Positions 37,439 through 50,200 of a DNA stretch of 64,000 bases are shown one piece after another. Both the position numbers and the translations under genes were made by a program. Numbering within the stretch: position 1 is the stretch's first letter; every line of letters begins with the position of its first letter. Where the stretch lies: NCBI RefSeq assembly GCF_964194155.1, contig NC_135881.1:16368001-16432000 (forward strand), written 5' to 3'. Below the pieces are notes generated by a model. It did no database searches. It was given only the letters and a program-made list of their open reading frames with translations, and was not told where the DNA came from. The stretch is from Cetorhinus maximus. Its lineage: Eukaryota.

Positions 37439-37790
37439 AGTTGACTCTTTATCGGGTTCTATAGGCGCTGGTAATGCGGTTAGATGGCCAAGCCTTGCGT
37501 AGCGGGTGAAGGCTCCTACCCCTCGCATCCGAGCATTGCCACGATTGTTCGACAGTGGGGCGGGGCAGGTTGAGGGGAGAGCTGAGCGGCCCCTTGAACA
37601 CTCAGTGCTCTTTATCTTTCCACGCGTCTAGACGTGCCATATCTGCAGTTGCGCTATTGATGCCACTTGTCATAGGAGGCCCATCAGGGTGGCCAACCCT
37701 CCTGGAGTGGCCAGGGATGAAGGACTAACCCCCAGGTCGCTGCTGCGAGCAGCTCATTGAGACACGAGAGCGATTGTGCATCATCTTCAT
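37439..37790 (-). repeat. Right arm of long inverted repeat
   Basis: Reverse complement of 33079-33428. Confidence 0.95.
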
Positions 37791-40573
37791 ATTCTTTGAG
37801 CAGTTTTATTACTTATTTATACAGGCCTTGAAGATGTGGAGGGTGGGTGGGTGGGTGGGGAATGCCTATTTTTTTCTGGGCAGGGTGCGAGGAGGTGGGA
37901 GGCCATGAGTCTCCAGGAATACCTCCAGCCATAGTTGGCAACCCCGTAGACATCTTCCCTCTGAAATCTATTCTCCATTGCTCACTTAAGTGAGCCTTTC
38001 AGGTTCGGAGATCTGATCCTAACAGCATTCTTGTCACCCTCCACTGAACTACCCCCGGAATCAATGGCCTTCTGAACATATGTGACCCAACGTTAAATAA
38101 TCGGAAAACATCGAAGGCAAGTGAAGGAATCGATAGATAGTCCATTGGAAAGGCCAGTCCAGTGGACAAACTGCCTTTGCTTGCACTATGATCTCTTGGA
38201 CTCTTGTGCTAGGAACGAGCATACGCACTTGAAAGATAACGGGGGAAGGGTACAGAGGGCAAGCCGAGCACAGAGCAGAAATGTCATTTATTGTTGCTTA
38301 GTTACCCTGTGATTGCTGCAAGCAAATCCTCTGTAAATATGAAATTTAATTTCAGTCAAGCATCCTGTTTGTTTTGGTAATATCAACATTTGGATGAAGT
38401 AAGCGTCTAACCCATATGCTGTGCATCCATTAGGAACAGGTTGGGGGTGGGGGTTGGGGTGGGAAGGGTAATCAGGATGTGGCAAATTATCCTTTGTGCA
38501 TTTGAGGCAAGAATTGATTGGGGAGAATTCTCAGGGCCTCCAAATTTGGCCTCACCTGTTTGTAAGATTGGGCACTTGTGACGCCTCCCTGTATCTATGG
38601 TTTTATTTGTGTTGGGGGGTTGGGGTGGGGGATAGGGTGGATTTGGAGCTCCACACAATTGGGGATTCCAGAGTCAACAGTGGCAATTTTTTTTCAACAA
38701 CTGGAGGGAAATTTTGTAAAACCCTCTCACCACCAATGCAGCCAGTGAGGGTCATGGTTCTGATGTCTGTGGTATTCTGGGCGTATGTGATGGAAGGTCA
38801 CAGGGATGATACTTAGGATTTTGCAATACGACATTTTAACACCTTTAACATAGTAAAATCTCCCAGAGCGTTATTAAGTGTAACCTGACACTGAGCCACA
38901 TAAGGGAATCTCAGGATGGGTGACCAAAAGTTGGGTTAGAGTTAGGTTTGTAAGGAGTGTCTCGAAGGAGGAGGGAGAGGGAGAGAGGAGGAGGTGGTAG
39001 GGTATGAATTGTGGAGCTTAGGTTCTAGGTAGTTGAAGGTACGGCTATGAATGGCAGAGTGAGGGAAATCAAGGGGCCGGAATTGGAGGAGTGCAGAGAT
39101 CTCGGAGGGGCTGTTGAGCTGGAGGAGGTTACAGAGACAGAGAGGGACAAGGCCAGGGAGGGGTTAGAAAACAAGGATGAGAGTTTTAAGTCCCCATCTG
39201 CTTTGTGTGAGACTCCACCAACAGTGCAGGATCTTACATTATTTCCTCCATGCAAGCAACACAAATCACTTCGAGTTCACAGTATCATCCATTAAAAAAG
39301 GACAACAGGCAGGTTAGGTCAAAAGGAAAGACGAGTGACAAACTGAACTTTGCTGAGTCAACAGGAGCTAAGCGAAGGATTAGACTTTCGAGCACTAGTT
39401 ATCAAAGTTAAAACTGCAGGTTGCAGGGGAATGGAGCCTGGGGATTCAGGGAAAAAGGTGCCTGAGATCATTCTTACCTTCCAGGTTGCCCTTACAATAT
39501 AGGAGAACGTGGCAGTGTAGAAGGAATAATATTATTGCTGGAGCTGGTCATGCTGGACAATAAATTATAAGCCCAGGCGGTGACCAAGGATAGTCTGCAG
39601 CCCACTGGTTTGAATCCTCAGAGACGAGTCTGCACATGGGAGGATAGTGGGGAATGGCAGAGGGTGAGGTCTGGTAGGCCCATCTTGGTCAAGGCATTGT
39701 GCAGCAGATTGACATGGGCTGCCGGAGAGGAACTTGGGAATTGAGGAGCAAGTTCATGAGGGTTGGACCTTTATTTCCAGGATGTGAGAGAACGAGAGGG
39801 GAATTAAAAAAAAAATTCTTGTTCTTTTCGTGGCCTCTCCTTGAAGAGTTTGGCTGAACAGCTAAGGTCATGCCAAGTGCAAGACATCACCGGGGCTGCA
39901 AAGAGTGGAACAGAATTGAAACCCCAACAGCAACATTTTGGCTGTCAGTTCCTCCCGCGCGAGTTTTCATCCAGCTCTCTTTTAAAATTATTGATGAAGT
40001 CAGCTTCCGCTGCCTGTTCAAATAGAACATTCCAGATGGTGACCGCTCTCTGGGTGAACAAGCAAAGCCGAAGTGAATAAGGACCTAGTGATTAGGTGAC
40101 ACTATTTTAAACACCTGTGGATTGTGGTAGACAGGGAAGACTGAGGTACCCTGCCATTTCAAAGCCTTGAGGAAGAAGAAATGAAGAATAGAACACTGTG
40201 TGATGAAGAGAAAAGGAGGAACTGTGTCTGCAACATAGGAGCTACAAGGGAGGAAGGGCCATAATAGTATTGATTAATAGAGACAATCAAAAAAATGGCT
40301 GTAACAGAGAGAGAGAGAGAGAGACAGAGAGACAAGAGTGATTACCCATCAGATCTGCACCCTGCTTGGGATTGTGAGATAGGTTTTCACTAGATAGGGG
40401 TATCAGGGGATATGGATATAAAGCGGATAAGAGGAGTCAAGGTACACATCAACCATGATATAATTGTATGGTGGAACTATCTCGGGGGTGGAACTTCCTC
40501 CTGTTTCTAATATCCCTGGAGATGTCAGAGGATTTTGAGTACACATTAATCAGTTAGGTGATCTGAGGCTTAC

Positions 40574-40810
40574 CTTTATCATTAATGAATTCTTCAAATG
40601 TAACGTTCCAAGGCCAGGTATAATTCTGTGTATCGTTCAGCATGACATCGCCAACGACACGCCAATCCCGCACACATTTCTGACGCAAGTTCCCCATGAA
40701 GAGCTGAAGCCCAATGAGTGCAAAGACACTTAAGCAGAACACAGTCAGGATCATGACGTCTGCTAGCTTCTTCACGGACTGTATCAGTGCACCCACAATG
40801 GTTTTCAGGC
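40574..40810 (-). CDS. SCN5A: Nav alpha exon: DI S4-S5 linker, S5 and start of extracellular loop ([48 protein letters not shown]...FINDK)
   Basis: Near-invariant Nav1 motif; acceptor ttgcag|GC, donor G|gtaagc; 237 nt, phase 1-1. Confidence 0.96.
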
Positions 40811-41501
40811 CTGCAAGTGAATAGTAAAAGGATTAGCTTGGTAGAGATAGAATGCAGTCAGTGCCATGGTATCAGGGCATCAGCTAAAGGTGACTGATTG
40901 TAGTGTTTCTTTTTTCTACTGTTTGATCATCCAGAGTTTAGACTTTGAGAAGGATAAGACTGAACAACTCTCGTTTTACTTACATAGAATTTAGAGTACA
41001 GATACAGGCCATTCAGCCCAAGTGGTCCGTGTTCAACACCCCCCCTCCCACCCTACTTCATCTAACCCGATCAACATCCCTTTCCATTCCTTTCTCCCTC
41101 ATACGTTTACATAGATTCCCCTGAAATGTATCAATGCCAGTCGCCTCATCCACTTCATGTGGTAGTGAGTTCCACATTCTCACCTTTCCCTGGCTAATGC
41201 TGGGAGGAGAGACTGACCAAAAAAAAGAGCAAATTGAAGTAGGAAATGCTGACTTCTTATAGATTCTCTCTCTAAGAATCTTTTCTTTCAAAAGAAGGAA
41301 AAGAGGGAAGATTCGTTTCGTGTGCCAAGTGTATCAAAACGTAACCCCATTTGGAAAGAAAGAGTTTACAATTGCACAATGCAACGCTTAAAGCGCCTTG
41401 CTAGGACCACTAGAAATAGAGCTGGGGCATGACAAGAATTGGAGACATCGAGATCAGCGAATTCAGGACAGGATGGATCTAAAGAGAAGAGGGAAGAGTT
41501 A

Positions 41502-42468
41502 AGGCCCAACCATCTTCAGCTGCTTCATCAATGACCTTCCTTTCATCATAAGGTCAGAAGTGGGGATGTTCGCTGATGATTGCACAATGTTCAGCACCAT
41601 TCGCGACTCCTCAGATACTGAAGCAGTCCATGTCCAAATGCAGCAAGACCTGGACAATATCCAGACTTGGGCTGACAAGTGGCAAGTAACATTCGTGCCA
41701 CACAAGTGTCAGGCAATGACCACCTCCAGCAAGATAGAATCCAACCATCATCCCTTGATGGTCAATGGTATTACCATCACTGACTCCCCCACTGTCAACA
41801 TATTGAGGGTTACCATTGACCAGAAACTGAACTGGACCAGCCATATAAATGCTGTGGCTACAAGAGCAGGTCAGAGGCTAGGAATCCTGTGAGGAGTACT
41901 CATCTCCTGACTCTCCAAAGCCTGTCCACCACCTACAAGGCACAAGTCAGGAGTGTGATGGAATACCCTCCACTTGCCTGGATGAGTGCAGCTCCAACAA
42001 TGCTCAGGAAGCTCAACACCATCCAGTACAAGGCAATCCGCTTGATCGGTGTCACATCCACCACCTTAAACGCTCACTCCCTCCACTATCGATGCATATT
42101 GGCAGTGTGTACCACCTACAAGATGCACTGCTGCAACTCACCAAGGCTCCTTCGACAGCACCTTCCAAATCTATGACCTCTACCATCTAGAAGGACAGGG
42201 GCAGCAGATACATGGGAACACCACCACCTGGAAGTTTCCCTCCAAGCCATACACCACCCTGATTTGGAAATATATCGCTGATCCTTCACTGTTGCTGGGT
42301 CAAAATCCTTGGACTGCCTCCCTAACAGCACTGTGGGTGTACCTACACCACATGGACTGCAGCAGTCAAAGAAGGCAGCTCACCACCACCTTGACAAGGG
42401 CAGTCCGGGATGGGCAATATATGTTAGCCTAGGCAGTGATGCCCAAATCACATGAAAGAATAAAAACA
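41502..42468 (+). mobile_element. HER1-like LINE 3' fragment with RT C-terminus
   Basis: GPTIFSCFINDLP...MFADDCT...WADKWQVTF, VMEYPPLAWMSAAP and the 3' tail. Confidence 0.9.
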
Positions 42469-44108
42469 TTTACATGATTACCAATCTCTTCAATGTAGGT
42501 TGTTAGCTACGTGCGACAAGCATTAGTGAGCTATAACTCCTGGACATTATATTGGAATTCAATGTAGAATTTAAAATGAGTCTATTTTGATCCTTTGAAC
42601 ATATGTCAGTTGACTTTCAGCATTATTGACCTATTTTCTGGGGTTTATCTGTCAGCACATTCCATTTTTCTTTGCTTACCCCATCCAGATTCCTGATTGA
42701 AAACTTGACCCGAAAAGACATGGATTACTGAGGACCTGCATGGCTAGGAATGCACACTCAGGGCTGAACCTTTGCTTGGGAGGCAGGAAACGGGAGTCAG
42801 AACTGTTCCCGAGTTCCCGAACCCAATCCCGGGGAGAAACGGTCACCGACCTGAGATTTTGCCCGGGGCGGGGGTCCCCCTTCATCGGCATTGGAGGCAG
42901 CTTTCCAGGCAGATGGGCTCTCAAAGCTGGGAGACTCCAGTACAGGGTGAATGGCGGAGAGGTTGCTTCAGCATGAAGGTGCCCTCTCACCAGCTTTTTC
43001 AAAAAATGATTTAGAATAGAGAAAAGGCAGTCGGGTGAGCACTGTGGGGGTAAGGAGCTGGTGGGGGGGTGGGGGATCCCACTTCAGGCCAACCTTTGTT
43101 GCCTCTGCACCCAGGCAGGCAGGGAAGGCCTACAGGCCTGTCCGTAGCACGGGTACCCCGGCCTGTTGCTGGGTGCCTGCCTCCGTGCAGTTAAATTACC
43201 CTCTGGGAAGACTGGAGAATCCCAGTTGACCTCCATTGTTGACCTTGAACCAGTCTCTTAGCGAGCTTACTGGACTGCCTGCCTTGTGGGGATGGGCACA
43301 GCCTTGCCGGGTACAGACCTGGCTCCTCCGAAATGGCTGGTGCCAGGAGCGGTGCTGGGAAAAACGGCACGGCAACCGGGCCTGTGTTTTCAGGCTCCAT
43401 CCGCCTCCCATCCTGACGTCAGCGGGGCCCCGATGGTCCTGCCCTCTCAGTTAAATTGTCGTCCTCACCGCCGAGGTGGCTGATGTGGGGTGCTGCTTAT
43501 TTCGTGTCCATTTTTTAGAAACGATCTGATTTTCATCGCATTAAATTCAGTCGGGCGGCAGTGGGTGGCTGGTTGTCGGTGTAGACGGGACATTATCCCA
43601 CACGTTAACACTCCAACATTGGATGACCTGACGGCCAGACTCAGGAGCAATAATGGGCAACAGCTTGGCCATTGCACTCAGGTTATGTCTTTCTTACATT
43701 CAAGGCACTTGGCTGAGAAAGGGGTGGGATTGACGCCGAGCCGTTTGAGAGCGTTGTGAGGTGACTGAGAATTCGGTGAAGCAAATACGGAGTAGCTTAA
43801 GAGGAAGGGTTTGAGAGCCTCACCAGGGCACAGCTGAAGAGCCTGCAAAATGGATGGAGTGCAGGACGGGTAGGTTTCTTTTATTCATTCACGAGGTGTG
43901 GGCCTCGCTGGCTGAGGCCTAGCATTTATTGCCCATCCCTAATTGCCCTTGAGGAGGTGGTGGTGAGCTGCCTTCTTGAAGTCAGAAGACCAGAGGAGCT
44001 GGGAGGAGACCACAAGACTTTCGAGGTAAGGGGGTGGGCAAAGGCAAGGGCGCAGTTGAACAGGTGATGAGATAAGATGGCACCATAAGGTGGCAATGTG
44101 AAGACCAG

Positions 44109-44225
44109 GGGCTGAATTTTCCGGCAGGGGGATCTTACGTTCCCGCTGTCGTCAATGAGGTTTAGAATGTCTCGCCGCAATTCACTGCCCCCTCCCCACC
44201 GAAACGGGGCCTTAAAATTCTGCCC
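44109..44225. mobile_element. 117-bp Harbinger/PIF-type MITE
   Basis: TIRs GGGCTGAATTTT / AAAATTCTGCCC flanked by a 3-bp direct repeat (cag). Confidence 0.65.
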
Positions 44226-45291
44226 CAGGCCTGTCCTTAAGCTGTGAGGCTGGTATGGACGGTGATGCTCCAGTGAGCTCAGTATCACACAGTGCCACAC
44301 CACACCTTCACCTATGGTCATCCAACCACCAAAAAGGTCAGCGGATTAACCCTTTAAAGCCTGAAGCAGCATGCTTTTGGAGTCAAGCCTGAAATACAGC
44401 AAGCTCGTAATAAGCAGATCAGAGGCTGGTGATGAGGTAACCACATCAAATGCTGTGTTTGAAGATGATTAAAGTTCCTGTGTTTGTAATGCCGCATACA
44501 ATATGTCCCTCTCATTATCCTTTATAACAAGAGTGCAGGATGGAATCAAAGCAAACCGCAGAAATCAGCCAAAGTAACATTGTTTTATTGAAATGTGATA
44601 CATCAGGTCAATGACTCTTTTCCTGGATTTAACATTATTTGGTTTCAGTTTTACAGGCCATGTTGATAGCAAGTGGCTGCAATTGCAGGGCTTAAATGAA
44701 GGTTCAGAATTAAAGGATTTAGCGTGCAGTTAGCAGCTGTTAACCCTTACAGGGCCCGAAAAATACATTGCTTCATCCCACACTAGATCGTACACTAAGG
44801 AAGGTCCTGTGGTCCTGTAAATTGCTTCAATTTACGACACCTGACCTGCGGTAAAATGAGTTTAATCGCTGATTTTTCTCTCCAGCCTTTCATTTAGATT
44901 TTTGTTCTGTCCTATTTCTTGCCTGAAGCGGCCTAGTGATTCCCTGACCATTCCCTGTTTCTGACTGCGAATGGGATGTGGATGGGGCATGTACATAGTG
45001 TGCTGTCCATTAGAACCTCCGTTTCTTACCCTGGATGAATCGTTTTTTTTTTTATTCATTCGCAGGGTGTGGGCGAGATCAGCATATTCCGGCCACCCCC
45101 ACCACCACCCCCCCCACCACCGGCCGATTGCCCTTGAGAGTGTGGTGGTGAGCTGCCTTTCTCAACTAGGCTCGCTAGACCTAGAAGCCCTTCTAAGCCG
45201 AATTGTTACTTTGACCGGTTTCTTCAATCCAACTCAGAAGACTTCATCGTCTAGCGATGCATGAGGCAGGCAAGGCACACGCTTACATCTG

Positions 45292-45545
45292 GATAAAAGC
45301 AAAATACTGCAGATGCTGGAAATCTGAAACGAGAACAAAAAATTGCTGGAAAGACTCAGCGGGTCCGACAGCAGCCGTGGGGAGAGAGGCAGAATTAACG
45401 TTTCGAGTCCGTATGACTCTTCTTCAGAAGACAAATGCTCTGTGTTCTGAAAAAACTTCTGCAGAGGACTCGAAACGTTGACTCTGTCCTTCTCTCCACG
45501 GATGCTGTCAGACCCGTTGAGTTTTTTCCAGCAATTTTTGTTTTA
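45292..45545. mobile_element. Palindromic pair of Penelope terminal repeats
   Basis: ataaaagcaaaatactgcagatgctggaaatctgaaa terminus; arms ~45335-45410 and ~45466-45543 are inverted. Confidence 0.8.
45391..45432 (-). ncRNA. Minimal type I hammerhead ribozyme-like motif (Penelope-associated)
   Basis: CUGAAGA-A-GAGUC-AUACG-GACUC-GAAAC-GUU: core boxes, 5-bp helix II and palindromic AACGUU helix III; helix I is poor in this copy. Confidence 0.55.
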
Positions 45546-45753
45546 TGTTACAGGCTTACACCTCGTTTCCGTTGCTGGAACAGGTCGCTAAGGGGAAGCC
45601 AGAGGCTGTAGCTCGAGGGATGCCACTCTGCATTAAACCAGGAGTTTCTCCCACTCTTACTCCCTGCCATAGGCGTCTTGGAAGGGTTTGCAGGTTGACA
45701 ATCAACCTGTTAGGCTGCGCTATGTCTGTGCCTTTCACGGCCATCAAGTCTCA

Positions 45754-47008
45754 GGGCAGAATGGTCCCAGGTTTACACCAAGTGTGGTAGTGGGCGGGAA
45801 AAAAATCGCTTTACCCGCACCTTATCGTCCCATTTCCGCCTCATGCAGTCACGGGAAACATGCCCATCCTGCTCGCGGGCGGCCTCCGAATTGCCTGCCA
45901 AGTTGTTACCCCACTGCTTCCTCACACGGGGCATCAGATTTAAACTGCAGCCATGCGCACATTTCTTAACGCTTGCAGCCCAGGGCTGCTCCGGTGAAGC
46001 CAGAAGCCAAGCAGAGAGCAGATCCCCGTTTCAGTCACACATCCCAGGCACGCGTTCTGGATGCCTTAGACACCCGCCGTGATGTCCCCCTACCCCCTGC
46101 TCGGGCCGCAGGAGGTCCGTCAGTGTCAGTGCTCCGGCTCGGGAGGCGCTGGCAGAGGTGGTCGGTTCCAAAGCTGCACACAAGAAGTCGGCCATCCAGT
46201 GCATAAAGAGGATGAATGATCTCATCAATGCTGCCAGGGTAAGGCCATCTCATCACTCTAATCTCACACACTCACAAGCCCATCACACATTCACTGGCAT
46301 CTCACTCACTGCCAGCTCAAGGGACATCACCACTCACTCTCTCACACATACCCTTACATGTCCATCTGGCCTCATCTCCCCTGGAGACTGCCTCCTCAAC
46401 CCTCACCATCATGGCGCTGCTTGCACAGATCAACATGTGTCCCACACACACACCCTGGGATACCCTCCTTCCCCAGTGCAGCCCTCACCCTGCAGCCTCT
46501 TCCCTTGCCTGAGGCCACTTCTCCCCCTTCCCTAAGGAAGCCCTTACCCTGCAGTCTTTGAAAAGTGGCTGCTCTGGTAGGTAGAGACCTGCCCTTGAGC
46601 CTCCCTAAAAGTGATGTGGTGCTGCCTGTGGAGCCTGGCACTGATGACTGCGAGTGCTGCCTGAAGCAAGGTGGGCAAACAAACCCTGAAGTCCCGAGTG
46701 AAGTGCAGCTCACCAGGTACACGTCGCTTATGTACAAGTTGTGATCGTGCCCGGCTGATATAGCGTGGGTGGGGTGGGGGGGGTGGGGCAGGGGAGATGA
46801 TTCCGGCGAGCAGGGCTTACAATCAGATGCTAAAGTATTGAAAATAAGTTCCTGAGGTGCGGTTGTAGGAAACGCAGCCTGCCGTTGATGGTGGGAGCGG
46901 ACGAACGCAAACTGGTTTCACGGCGACGTGAAGCTAATTTTTGGCTGTTTTGCCATATTGTCCCTCCCCCACCCGCCATGATGTCCATGGAGCCAGAAAA
47001 TTCCAGTC
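45754..47008 (+). mobile_element. Non-autonomous Harbinger-like DNA transposon with decayed Myb/SANT-like exon (about 46015-46238)
   Basis: Frameshifted ADPRFSHTSQARVLDALDTRRDV...EALAEVV...SAIQCIKRMNDLINAAR|gtaagg; degenerate ends gggcagaat / aaaattccagtc. Confidence 0.65.
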
Positions 47009-47227
47009 TTAGAGCGGGACTCAAGCCNNNNNNNNNNNNNNNNNNNNNNNNNNNNNNNNNNNNNNNNNNNNNNNNNNNNNNNNNNNNNNNNNNNNNNNNN
47101 NNNNNNNNNNNNNNNNNNNNNNNNNNNNNNNNNNNNNNNNNNNNNNNNNNNNNNNNNNNNNNNNNNNNNNNNNNNNNNNNNNNNNNNNNNNNNNNNNNNN
47201 NNNNNNNNNNNNNNNNNNNNNNNNNNN

Positions 47228-50200
47228 AATCAGAGCCCACTCTTTGAGTAATAGACGGCAATCTGACTCTGTGGCTGTTCTCTGAATTATAGCCCATACT
47301 CTAAATCAGAGTCCACTTCCTGAATTATAGCCTGCACTCTGAATATAGCCCACACATTGAATCAGAACCTGTTCTCTGAATTGTTGCCGGAACTCTGAAT
47401 TATAGCCCGCTCTCTGAATTAAAGCCTGCACACTGAATTGGAGCCCGCTCTCTGAATTATAGTCTGCACCTTCCATTGTAGCCCGTTCCCAGAATCAGAG
47501 CCCGCTCTCTGAATTATAGCCTGCACCCTGAATCAGAGCCCACTCTCTGAATTATAGCCTGCACCCTGAATCAGAGCCCACTCTCTGAATTATAGCCTGC
47601 ACCCTGAATCAGAGCCCACTCGCTAAATTTTAGCCCGCACTCTGAATTATAGCCTGCACTTTTAATTATAGCCTGCACACTGAATCAGAGCCCAATCTCT
47701 GAATTATACCCTGCACTTTGAATTAGAGCCGCACTCGGATTCAGAGTCTCTTCTCTGAATTATAGCCTGCACTTTGAATTATAGCCTGCACCTTCAATTG
47801 TAGCCCGTTCCCAGAATCAGAGCCCGCTCTCTGAATTATAGCCCGCTCTCTGAATTATAGCCTGCACCCTGAATCAGAGCCCGCTCTCTGAATTATAGCC
47901 CGCTCTCTGAATTATAGCCTACACCCTGAATCAGAGCCCGCTCTCTGAATTATTACCTGCACCTTCATTTGTAGCCCGCAGTCTAAATCAGAGCCCACTC
48001 TTTGAGTAATAGACGGCAATCTGACTCTGTGGCAGTTCTCTGAATTACAGCCCGCACTCTGAATTATAGCCTGCACTCTAAATCAGAGTCCACTTCCTGA
48101 ATTACAGCCTGCACTCTAAATCAGAGTCCATTTCCTGAATTATAGCCTGCACTCTGAATATAGCCCACACATTGAATCAGAGCCCACACTCAGAATTAGA
48201 GCCCGCACATTGAATCAGAGCCTGCTCTCTGAATTATTGCCGGAACTCTGAATTATAGCCCGCTCTCTGAATTATAGCCTGCACACTGAATTGGAGCCCG
48301 CTCTCTGAATTATAGCCTGCACCTTCAATTGTAGCCCGTTCCCAGAATCAGAGCCCGCTCTCTGAATTATAGCCTGCACCCTGAATCAGAGCCCACTCGC
48401 TAAATTTTAGCCCGCACTCTGAATTATAGCCTGCACTTTTAATTATAGCCTGCACACTGAATCAGAGCCCAATCTCTGAATTATACCCTGCACTTTGAAT
48501 TAGAGCCGCACTCGGATTCAGAGTCTCTTCTCTGAATTATAGCCTGCACCCTGAATCAGAGCCCGCTCTCTGAATTATAGCCTGCACCCTGAATCAGAGC
48601 CCACTGTCTGAATGATAACCCACACTCTGAATTAAAGCGTGCACCCTGAATCAGAGCCCTCTCTCTGAATTATAGCCTGCACCCTGAATCAGAGCCCTCT
48701 CTCTGAATTAAAGCCCGCACTCTGAATTATAGCCTGCACCCTGAATCAGAGCCCTCTCTCTGAATTATATCCTGCACCCTGAATCAGAGCCTGCTTTCTG
48801 AATCAGAGCCCTCTATCTGAATTTGGCCCGCAATCTGAATCTGAGCCCTCTCTCTGAATTATTGCCTGCACCCTGAATCAGAGCCCCATCTCTGAATTAT
48901 AGCCCACACTCTGAATTATAGCCTGCACCCTGAATCAGAGCCCGCTGTCTGAATTATAGCCTGCACTCTGAATTATAGCCTGCACCCTGAATCAGAGCTC
49001 GCTCTCTGAATGATAACCCACATTCTGAATTATAGCCTGCACCCTGAATCAGAGCCCTCTCTCTGAATTATAGCCTGCACCCTGAATCAGAGCCCAGTCT
49101 CTGAATCATAGCCCACACTCTGAATTATATCCTGCACCCTGAATCAGAGCCTGCACCCTGAATCAGAGCCCTCTATCTGAATTTGGCCCGCATTCTGAAT
49201 CAGAGCCCTCTCTCTGAATTATAGCCCGCAGCCTGAATCAGAGAACGCTCGCTGAATTATAGCCCGCACTCTGAATTATAGCCTGCACCATGAATCAGAG
49301 CCTGCTCCATGAATTATAGCCCGCACTCTGAATTATAGCCCGCAATCTGAATCAGCGCCCTCTCTCTGAATTATAGCCTGCACCCTGAATCAGAGCCTGC
49401 TCTCTGAATTATAGCCCGCACTCTGAATTATAACCTGCACCCAGAACCAGAGCCCTCTATCTGAATTATAGCCTGCACCCTGAATCAGAGCCCTCTCTCT
49501 GAATTATAGCCTGCACTCTGAATTATAGCCTGCACCCTGAATCAGAGCCCTCTCTCTGAAATATAGCCTGCACTTTGAATTATAACCTGCATCCTTAATC
49601 AGAGCCCGCTCTCTGAATTATAGTCTGCACCCTGAATCAGAGCTCACTCTCTGAATTATAGCCTGCACCTTGAATCAGAGCCCGCTCTCTGAATTATAGC
49701 CTGCACCTTCAATTGTAGCCCGCAGTCTAAATCAGAGCCCACTCTTTGAATAATTGTCGGCAATCTGACTCTGGCCGTTCTCTGATTTATATCCCGCACT
49801 CTGAATTATAGCCTGCACTCTGAATATAGCCCACACATTGAATCAGAGCCCACACTCAGAATTATAGCCCGCACATTGAATCATAGCCTGTTCTCTGAAT
49901 TATTGCCGGAACTCTGAATCAGAGCCCGCTTTCTGAATTAAAGCCTGCACTTTGAATTGTAGCACGCACACTGAATTGGAGCCCGCTCTCTGAATTATAG
50001 CCGGAACTCTGAATCAGAGCAAGCTCTCTGAATTATAGCAGGCAGTTTGAATTAAAGACCACACTCTAAATCAGAGCCCGATCTCTGGATCATAGCCTGC
50101 ACTTTTAATTATAGCCCGCACTCTGAATCAGAGCCCAATCTCTGAATTATAGCCTGCACCCTGAATCCGAGCCCTCTCTCTGAATTATAGCCCACACTCT

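Larger units (their letters stand above)
221..40810 (-). other. SCN5A: Partial gene span (8 internal exons) of a voltage-gated sodium channel alpha subunit, Nav1.5/SCN5A-like
   Basis: Exons of 237, 64, 142, 210, 186, 372, 136 and 239 nt join with compatible phases and no stops. The Nav1 family call is secure. The paralog call is less so and rests on SCN5-type residues (LYHQ, QATIAE, WxCCPLW, MALEH) and a long DI-DII loop, unlike SCN4A. Confidence 0.85.

Noticed and set aside
40811-47027. Expected DI S3-S4 exon(s) (5N/5A or 6a/6b equivalents)
   Set aside because: No RTFRVLRALKT-like coding found by eye; presumed to lie beyond the window.
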